This document shows positions 26,182-32,000 of a DNA stretch of 32,000 bases, piece by piece (the first letter of the stretch is position 1; every line of letters starts with the position of its first letter). The translations under genes and the position numbers were made by a program. The stretch is from positions 750,001 through 782,000 of the forward strand of contig CP149973.1 of the NCBI GenBank assembly GCA_029269845.2, in the 5' to 3' direction. Source of the DNA: Opitutia bacterium KCR 482. Its GTDB lineage: Bacteria > Verrucomicrobiota > Verrucomicrobiia > Opitutales > Intestinicryptomonadaceae. A model generated the notes under the pieces. It saw only the letters and a list, made by a program, of their open reading frames with translations, was not told where the DNA came from and did not search any database.

Positions 26182-26886
26182 TTATTCTTCTGAAAAATCG
26201 CGCGAGCGGAAGCGTCCGCCTTCGTCGTCGTCGCGTTGGCGGAAGTTGTCGCGCGGGCGGAAGCCGCTTTTCGGGCGGTAGGATTTGTCGCCGAATTTGC
26301 CGCCGCGGTTGAAATCGCCTTTCGGGCGATAGCCGTCGTTGCCAAATTTGCGCGGGCGGTACTCGCCTTCGCCGCCGAAGCCGTCGTCGGAGCGGGGACG
26401 GAAGCCTTCGCCGCGGGGTTTGAAGCCTCCCTCGCGCGGGCGGTAGCCGTCTCCCGAACGGAAGTTTCCGCGCGGGCGGAAGCCGCCTCTCGGACGGTAT
26501 TCGCCGTCGGAGTTCTGGCGGAAATTCCCGCCGTCGCGCCTAAATTCGCCCGATTGGCGGGTGTCGGAATCTTCGCGGCGGCGGTTGTCGAAGCGTCCCG
26601 AATTGCGTGGGCGGAAGCCGCCGCCGAAGCCGTTAAAGCGTTCCGTGCGCTCCCTGCTTCTGTCCACTTTCATGGGCCTGCCGCCGAGTTCCGCGCCGTC
26701 GAGGGTTTCTATCGCCGCCTGCGCCTGCTGCTCGTCGTCCATGGACACAAAGGCGATTCCCCTGAATCTGCCCGAAAATTTATCCATGAGCATTTTTACG
26801 TTCGAGACCGCTCCGCATTCGGCAAACTTGTCCCTAATTTCCTGTTCGGTAATATCGAAGGGCAGATTGCCCACGAAGATTTCCAT
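26182..26886 (-). CDS. RNA-binding protein: N-terminal RRM domain plus a roughly 150-aa Arg/Gly-rich low-complexity tail
   Basis: RNP2 is IFVGNL and RNP1 is RGIAFVSM within residues 1-78. The tail has about 10 copies of [FY]-[RK]-P-[RK] (GFRPRN, EYRPRG, GFRPRG, GYRPRE, GFKPRG, GFRPRS, EYRPRK, GYRPKG, SYRPKS, GFRPRD). Confidence 0.85.
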   Translation of the reverse strand: MEIFVGNLPFDITEQEIRDKFAECGAVSNVKMLMDKFSGRFRGIAFVSMDDEQQAQAAIETLDGAELGGRPMKVDRSRERTERFNGFGGGFRPRNSGRFDNRRREDSDTRQSGEFRRDGGNFRQNSDGEYRPRGGFRPRGNFRSGDGYRPREGGFKPRGEGFRPRSDDGFGGEGEYRPRKFGNDGYRPKGDFNRGGKFGDKSYRPKSGFRPRDNFRQRDDDEGGRFRSRDFSEE

Positions 26887-27165
26887 TTTATTTCCTATCT
26901 GCTTTTATTTTTTGTCGGAATCCCCCGACGGGGCTTCCCTAAATTCTATTGCTTTGCGCTTTCGGGCAAAATTTCAATGCGGCTCTCATCTCAAACTATC
27001 GGCAAAATCCCGCCGCGCTTTCGGAAAAATACGCGAACAGGCTCAAAATGCGGCGTTCGGAAGAATGTCTGCATGGGCAATGCAAAAAATGTCCGAAGCC
27101 GCGCGAGGAAAGCCGAGTTTCCGCCGAAGCTACGCCGAGAATAAACGCCGCCGTTGTGTTGCCAG

Positions 27166-27204
27166 ACAAAAAAATCCCCGACGGAGAGTGCTCCGATGAG
27201 GATT
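27166..27204 (-). terminator. Candidate terminator downstream of rpmB
   Basis: Imperfect hairpin at 27174-27203 (atccccgacggag / ctccgatgaggat). The A7 on the + side is T7 after the hairpin on the minus strand. Confidence 0.55.
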
Positions 27205-27282
27205 CCGAGAGTGTTTCGCGCGCAATTAAATTGCGGGATATTCTATTGTGTGCGTGAAGCAACCTGTTGGTAGGGTGGGAAA

Positions 27283-27513
27283 CTACGCCTTTTCGACGAG
27301 ACCCGCCTTGATGGCTTTTACGCTGACCCATTCGCGCTTGACTGCGCCGTTTGCCATGCGAACGCGAATGCGCTGCACATTGGGCTTGAATGTGCGCTTT
27401 GTCTGCTTGACGAGCTGCAAACCGATACCGCCGCTCTTTTTGCTTTGACCTTTGTGAATGATTCTGCGACCTTTAACGGGACGCTTGCCTGTTACTGAAC
27501 ATACTCTTGCCAT
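27283..27513 (-). CDS. rpmB: 50S ribosomal protein L28
   Basis: MARVCSVTGKRPVKGRRIIHKGQSKKSGGIGLQLVKQTKRTFKPNVQRIRV... is the typical bL28 sequence and length (76 aa). Confidence 0.95.
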   Translation of the reverse strand: MARVCSVTGKRPVKGRRIIHKGQSKKSGGIGLQLVKQTKRTFKPNVQRIRVRMANGAVKREWVSVKAIKAGLVEKA

Positions 27514-27622
27514 GATAGAAAAAATCTTATAGATGTTGAAATTTTGAAATAAAGCACCTTAGCCGCGCGAATCCGCATTGCAAGCCTTTTTTTAGGCGCA
27601 GGGCAAATTCGGCGGCGTATGC

Positions 27623-27796
27623 GTTATTTGCCGAGGTCGGCATTGGCGAGTTTTCTCGCCGCCTTAGCCGCGCTTGCGCGCACCTTGCGCTTGCGGGAGG
27701 CAAGGAGCCTCTGTCTGCGTGCGTTGGGCTTTGCGCCCGCGCTCTTTTTACCAGGCTTGCGCTTGGCTTTCGATGTCCATTGAATGAGTCCGCTCA
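27623..27796 (-). CDS. Hypothetical 57-aa, extremely basic Ala/Lys/Arg-rich protein (below the ORF-track length cut-off)
   Basis: From the ATG at 27796 to the TAA at 27625-27623: MSGLIQWTSKAKRKPGKKSAGAKPNARRQRLLASRKRKVRASAAKAARKLANADLGK. Same strand as rpmB and 109 nt upstream of it. No confident family assignment. Confidence 0.35.
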
Positions 27797-27929
27797 TAGT
27801 TTTGTCTTTCGAATTTGCGTTGTTTAAAAAATTAAAACGGCTGAATTTAACTGTTTTTTGCTGGCGTTCCAGCTTTTTTTTTATTTTTTTTCAAAGCGAA
27901 ACTTTTTTGGGGGAAAGGCGTTCGACACT

Positions 27930-28553
27930 ATGAAGGAAAAACGTACAGTGCAGACAAGCCCGACATTCATTCAAGGCGCGACGGAAAGCGCGGCGGCAGG
28001 CGACGGCGATGCGGCTCTGATGATTCAGGCGGCGGACGGCTCGGAGCATGCGTTCAGAATGCTCGTCGAGAAGTGGCAGAGGCCGCTGGCGAACTACTTC
28101 TACCGCTCGTGCTCCGATATGCACGCGGCGGAGGACATGACCCAGCAGACGTTCCTCAACCTCTACCGCGCCCGCGAAAGCTACGCCGAGTACGCCGGCG
28201 GAGACGCCCGAAAGGCGAAGTTTTCCACATACCTTTTCCGCATAGCGCGGAACGTGCTGATTTCGGAGCACCGCAAGAGGGTAAGACGCCCCTCCGACGC
28301 CACAGACCCCGCCGACCTGGACTTCCCCGCGGAAGACGCCCGCTCGACGCCCGTGTCGGAGCTGGAGGAGATTTTCTATGCGGCGGTCGAAGACCTACCC
28401 GAAAACCAGCGCACCGCAATTCTGCTTCTCAAACAGCAGCAACTTTCATACGAAGAGATTGCTGAGGCAATGAAAGCCAACGTGCAATCGGTAAAAACGT
28501 GGATTCACCGCGCGAGAAACGCGCTGCGGGAAGTCCTGAAAAATTCGGAGTAA
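27930..28553 (+). CDS. ECF-type (group 4) sigma-70 family RNA polymerase sigma factor
   Basis: Region 2 is AFRMLVEKWQRPLANYFYRSCSDMHAAEDMTQQTFLNLYRA...FSTYLFRIARNVLISEHRK. Region 4 is LPENQRTAILLLKQQQLSYEEIAEAMKANVQSVKTWIHRARNALRE. The ATG at 27930 is preferred over the track start at 27858. Confidence 0.9.
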   Translation: MKEKRTVQTSPTFIQGATESAAAGDGDAALMIQAADGSEHAFRMLVEKWQRPLANYFYRSCSDMHAAEDMTQQTFLNLYRARESYAEYAGGDARKAKFSTYLFRIARNVLISEHRKRVRRPSDATDPADLDFPAEDARSTPVSELEEIFYAAVEDLPENQRTAILLLKQQQLSYEEIAEAMKANVQSVKTWIHRARNALREVLKNSE

Positions 28554-28559
28554 AAAACA

Positions 28560-29003
28560 ATGGATATTGAAAAGCCCAAAACGCCCGACGAGAAAATCGA
28601 CGCGCTCCTCGCCGCCGACACCCCCGCCCTGCCCGACTCTTTCACGGAAAGCGTGATGGCGGCGGCGCGGAAAATTTCGGCGGAGGAAAAGCTCGCCGAC
28701 GGGCGGATAGACGCGCTCTTGGAGCGGCTTGCCGCCTTCCCGAACGCGACCGACAAAATCATGGCGGCGGTCGCAAAGGCGGGGGCGTCGCGCAGGGTGC
28801 GCAACTCGATACTCTCGTGCGCCTCCGCGCTGGCGGCGGCGGCATGCGCGGCGGTCGCGGTGTTTTCGGCGACAGCCGACGCCACTATGCCGCGCGGGGT
28901 AATCACCGCCGACGACTTCGCAGAAATGTCGCTTATCGACGAGGAAATAAGCGGGATAGCCGCGCTCGTCATACAGGAGGAATTCATAGACCTCGCCCGA
29001 TAG
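28560..29003 (+). CDS. Putative single-pass anti-sigma factor cognate to the upstream ECF sigma
   Basis: It starts 6 nt after the sigma stop. Has an N-terminal LPDSFTESVMAAARKI-type helix, one TM segment (ILSCASALAAAACAAVAVFSA) and a short C-terminal domain. No zinc-binding HxxxCxxC motif. Assignment rests on position and topology only. Confidence 0.5.
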   Translation: MDIEKPKTPDEKIDALLAADTPALPDSFTESVMAAARKISAEEKLADGRIDALLERLAAFPNATDKIMAAVAKAGASRRVRNSILSCASALAAAACAAVAVFSATADATMPRGVITADDFAEMSLIDEEISGIAALVIQEEFIDLAR

Positions 29004-29118
29004 GCAAACGGGGTTTCAAACACGGGGCGCAAGTTGCGGAGTGAAAGCCGCATTTGCGCCTTTGTTGTACGCGGTGTAGAAAATTTCCCGCAAAAGACGG
29101 AAAATCGGCGGGATAAAC

Positions 29119-29144
29119 GGAACGCGGGACGGGCGGAAAATGTC
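29119..29144 (+). promoter_or_regulatory. Candidate ECF-type promoter (GGAAC-N17-TGTC) upstream of the giant gene
   Basis: ggaac at 29119-29123 and tgtc at 29141-29144, 73 nt before the ATG at 29217. It resembles the generic ECF AAC / CGT(C) architecture. This is a pattern match only. Confidence 0.25.
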
Positions 29145-29216
29145 GGTAAAAACGGAAAAAACGGCGCAAAATTTGCTTGCGTTGAAAACGCGCCGTCAAT
29201 AGCGTTTCCATAGAGT

Positions 29217-32000
29217 ATGAAGAAAACTTTTATTTCTACCCCCCCCGTTCAAAAAAAGCTTTCGGAAAGAAAGGCTTTCGCGCTCGTGCTTTCGCTTGCG
29301 CTGATGGGCTTTATGGTTCTGCTTATCGTGACCCTCGCGACGATGGTCCAGATGCAGATGAGACTCAGCCGCCAGAGCATGAACGACTTTAAGGCCAAAC
29401 AGGCCGCCAAATTCGCGGCGTATCAGGCAATGAGCCGCGTGCAGAGCGCGCTCGGCCCCGACCAGCGAATAACCGCACACGCAATGATGTTCGACGACAC
29501 CGTGGCGTCGCCGATTACGGAGCTTGACAACGACAAGAAGTTCGAGTGGTGGAGCGCGCCGATGAACATCGACCGCGACGAGGCGGAGAAAATAGACGAC
29601 GCCGCGATTTCGCAAAACCGCTACTGGGTCGGCGTGTGGGACTCGCGCAGGGGCTACTCGCCCGAAAGGCAGCTCCGCCAGCAGGCGCGGTCGGACTATA
29701 TCACAAACACGGTCGAACGCGCGCTCACTTGGCTTGTGTCGGGCAATAAAATCAGGGAAAAGGAAAGCACGGACTATTCCGTGGTGAGATACCGCCCGAC
29801 ATCGAAGCTCGACGACGGCAAATACGTACGCGCAGTCAGCGCAGGCTCGTACTCCGACGAATACGGCGCGCCACGCTCCGACCGCGACGTTCTTGCGCCG
29901 CTTGTTACCCTCGACGTAGACCCCAACCCCATCACGGGCGAAAAAATCAGCGACGGCAAGGAAACGCGCATTGCGTGGTGGGTAGCCGACGAAGGGCAAA
30001 AGGCGTCGCTCAACGCGGTCGCAACGGAGGACATGTTCGAGCACGCAAACCGCATCAATTACAGAATACAGAGCTTGCCGTTCTACTCGGGCATTCACGG
30101 CCTGACGGTATCGGGCATGGGCGGCAAGGCGGGAACAAAGGCGTTCGACCTCGACTTCCGCGACGGCGACGACCAAAGCTCGATGGCGCGTATCCGCAAC
30201 CTCGACGACATCAAACAGCTCGACATTTTCCGCTCGGGCTCGCTGCCCGACAACACACTGCTTTCGAGGGTGTTCTTCCACAGCGCAAGCTTCAACACAA
30301 AGGGCATACTCGTAAACGTGCGCGATGGCGGTTTGAAGAAGGACCTTTCCCTCGGTCTTACCCGCAAGGACTTCGGCAACGAAGACGAAGAGCTGCTCGA
30401 CAAAGACAACAACAACGCGCCCGAATATTTCGAACGCCCCTACGGCGTGGCGGGCTTCGACTTCAAAACGACGGCATACCCGCTCGTAAAGGACAACGTA
30501 TACAGATACCACCACAACCCGAACAAATCGGGCGAGCCCGACAGAAAGCTCAGGGGCACGGGGCACATCTTCGGCCCGCAGATGTACGGGCACGAAAACA
30601 CAGCCGACGCAGAATCGCTCTCGACTATCCGGCTGATGGCGGACATGTTCGACGACAAATACATTTGGAAAGACCCCGGCGGCCCTCTTTGGGACCAGCT
30701 CCGCTCCTATTATAATACGAGAACCGAAGACCTCGCCGACCGCGAAACGCTCGACGCCCGCGTTCAGACGGACGACCGATACGGACTCAAACCCGTTGTA
30801 AAACGCTTCCAAGTGTTCTACGTTCCCACTTTTGTAAACTACGGCGGACAGAAGTACGGCCTGCGTCTGCACATCATGCCGCTGCTGATTCTCTACAATC
30901 CGTACGATACGAAAATCAAGGGCGACACATACTACGCAATCCGCGTGTGGGGGCAGTTCAGACACCCCACGGGCGCGTTCAGGTTTGCAATCGGCTACGA
31001 AACGGGGCAGTACTTCCAGTGCCTGAGAGACCTCCGCACGGAAATTATCCCCTCGATGAGCGACGAAATCACCCGCGCCGACCCCGACAAAAAATCGCTC
31101 CGCCAGTTCATGCTTCCGTTCAGGCGCGGCACGGTCTGGGGAAGAAACGAACAGACCGACAGCGGCACAATCGTCAACAACATCAACCCGACCTCGAACA
31201 ACGACTACCCGATTAAGTGGCTTATGTCGCGCTACACGGCGTTCTTCGAAGGTTTCAGATACGGAAATACGGACGTTCCCGCGTTTCCGTTGGGCTACGG
31301 CATAAAGCAGAACATGCTTTCGCAGGCGGACATAAAAAACGCAATCGCGCCCACCGACATCAACGTCTCGGAAACTTTCAAGTGGAGGCACTGGAAAGAC
31401 ATCGTGGCGGACGGCAACATAGTCCCGTCGAGCGAGCTTGCCTCGGAAAGGGCGACGGCGGGAAGAAACCGCTACGCCGCGCGGGTTGCGAGAATCCCGC
31501 TCTATCTCAACAGCATAATCTACGCGGTAACGCACGGTTCGTACTTTAACTCTATCCTAAAAGACCCCGACGCCGCCGAAGGCTACCTGTTCTTCGCACA
31601 GCGCAGTATCGACGCCCGCAACCCCGAAAACGCGAGCAAAATCTACACCGCCAGCGACGGCAACACCGACGACGCAAACCTGCGCTTTATGGCCTACGAC
31701 GCAAAGGGAATCGAACCCGGCAAGGCGAAGATTTTTTCCATGAAGAAAATCATAAGCTACGTCGGCAACCCGAAGAACAAGGGCAGCTCTTCCGACCAGG
31801 ACAAGGACGGCCCGAACGGCGTACTCGAAGAAAACGCAACAAAGAGCCTTTACGAAGAGCGCGACGCCATGATGTACGGACTCGACAACGGCGGCGTTCT
31901 CGGCGGCTGCTTCTATGTGGATATTCCCCACCCAGAAGCCGAGCACGCCGCGAAGTACGACAACGACACCGACTGGCAGTACAGAGACAGGCTCGGCAAA
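29217..32000 (+). CDS. Giant protein of unknown function with a pseudopilin / PilX_N-like N-terminal anchor (5' partial; at least 928 codons, continues past the window)
   Basis: ATG at 29217, then 928 sense codons with no stop to base 32000. N-terminus is MKKTFISTPPVQKKLSERKAFALVLSLALMGFMVLLIVTLATMVQMQMRLSRQSMNDFKAKQAAKFAAYQAMSRVQSAL. Amino-acid composition is ordinary and third positions are GC-biased, unlike the antisense 779-aa track ORF. Confidence 0.8.
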   Translation, partial: MKKTFISTPPVQKKLSERKAFALVLSLALMGFMVLLIVTLATMVQMQMRLSRQSMNDFKAKQAAKFAAYQAMSRVQSALGPDQRITAHAMMFDDTVASPITELDNDKKFEWWSAPMNIDRDEAEKIDDAAISQNRYWVGVWDSRRGYSPERQLRQQARSDYITNTVERALTWLVSGNKIREKESTDYSVVRYRPTSKLDDGKYVRAVSAGSYSDEYGAPRSDRDVLAPLVTLDVDPNPITGEKISDGKETRIAWWVADEGQKASLNAVATEDMFEHANRINYRIQSLPFYSGIHGLTVSGMGGKAGTKAFDLDFRDGDDQSSMARIRNLDDIKQLDIFRSGSLPDNTLLSRVFFHSASFNTKGILVNVRDGGLKKDLSLGLTRKDFGNEDEELLDKDNNNAPEYFERPYGVAGFDFKTTAYPLVKDNVYRYHHNPNKSGEPDRKLRGTGHIFGPQMYGHENTADAESLSTIRLMADMFDDKYIWKDPGGPLWDQLRSYYNTRTEDLADRETLDARVQTDDRYGLKPVVKRFQVFYVPTFVNYGGQKYGLRLHIMPLLILYNPYDTKIKGDTYYAIRVWGQFRHPTGAFRFAIGYETGQYFQCLRDLRTEIIPSMSDEITRADPDKKSLRQFMLPFRRGTVWGRNEQTDSGTIVNNINPTSNNDYPIKWLMSRYTAFFEGFRYGNTDVPAFPLGYGIKQNMLSQADIKNAIAPTDINVSETFKWRHWKDIVADGNIVPSSELASERATAGRNRYAARVARIPLYLNSIIYAVTHGSYFNSILKDPDAAEGYLFFAQRSIDARNPENASKIYTASDGNTDDANLRFMAYDAKGIEPGKAKIFSMKKIISYVGNPKNKGSSSDQDKDGPNGVLEENATKSLYEERDAMMYGLDNGGVLGGCFYVDIPHPEAEHAAKYDNDTDWQYRDRLGK

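Noticed and set aside
26182-26649. Repetitive DNA in the RRM-protein tail as a possible tandem repeat or CRISPR-like array
   Set aside because: The periodicity exists at the peptide level ([FY][RK]P[RK]) with degenerate, variably spaced nucleotide copies inside a clear ORF. There are no conserved direct repeats with unique spacers.
25300-27300. Genomic island integrated at tRNA-Pro (tRNA followed by a broken GNAT gene, an unusual RRM protein and somewhat lower GC)
   Set aside because: There is no integrase, recombinase or transposase, and I found no direct repeat of the tRNA 3' end. The region ends in rpmB, a core gene, so the evidence is insufficient.
26949-27331. ORFs 26949..27257 (+) and 26996..27331 (-) in the gap between the RRM gene and rpmB
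   Set aside because: They have no motifs, overlap each other and the rpmB terminator and 3' end, and show poor codon bias. The region is better explained as the rpmB terminator plus the promoter and 5' UTR of the RRM gene.
29196-31535. 779-aa minus-strand ORF, the longest track entry at the right end
   Set aside because: It is the antisense shadow of the + strand giant ORF. Its translation is R/V/H/C/A-rich with runs like RRRHGVVEHHCVCG and no recognisable motif, whereas the + frame has ordinary composition, a pilin-like N-terminus and no stop for 928 codons.

Overview
GC-rich (about 55-60% by eye) chromosomal segment from a diderm bacterium: it has Lnt, a beta-barrel OMP, HtrA and sigma-54. 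A PVC-group origin is a low-confidence guess from the pilin-like N-terminus and the RRM/RGG protein. Most of the window is tightly packed housekeeping genes. In order: ftsZ tail, PIG-L deacetylase + nagB, OMP, yqhD-like ADH, HdeD-like + Mn-type SOD, lepA-lepB, secA-lnt, M3 peptidase, Etr1-like reductase-queF-htrA, rsmE, coaC-udg4, rpoN-tsaB-like-alr-like, tRNA-Pro(GGG), frameshifted GNAT, RRM/RGG protein, rpmB. The right end holds an ECF sigma/anti-sigma pair followed by a very large gene. The supplied ORF track misses four things that direct reading finds. (1) A + strand ORF of at least 928 codons from 29217 that runs off the window; the track shows only its antisense shadow. (2) A 57-codon, very basic ORF upstream of rpmB. 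(3) tRNA-Pro. (4) The last 28 codons of an ftsZ-like gene. Many long track ORFs are antisense or out-of-frame shadows typical of GC-rich DNA (R/A/V/G-rich), and several real genes start well inside their track ORF (nagB, OMP, lnt, M3 peptidase, reductase, coaC, udg, ECF sigma). The best candidate for something undescribed is the ECF sigma / anti-sigma / giant pseudopilin-like protein module at 27.9-32 kb. Secondary oddities are an alanine-racemase homologue without the PLP lysine, a bacterial RRM protein with a long RGG-like tail, and a signal-peptide-bearing Mn-type SOD. I saw no CRISPR array, transposase, integrase or rRNA. All calls rest on reading translations and motifs from memory; no database search was run.
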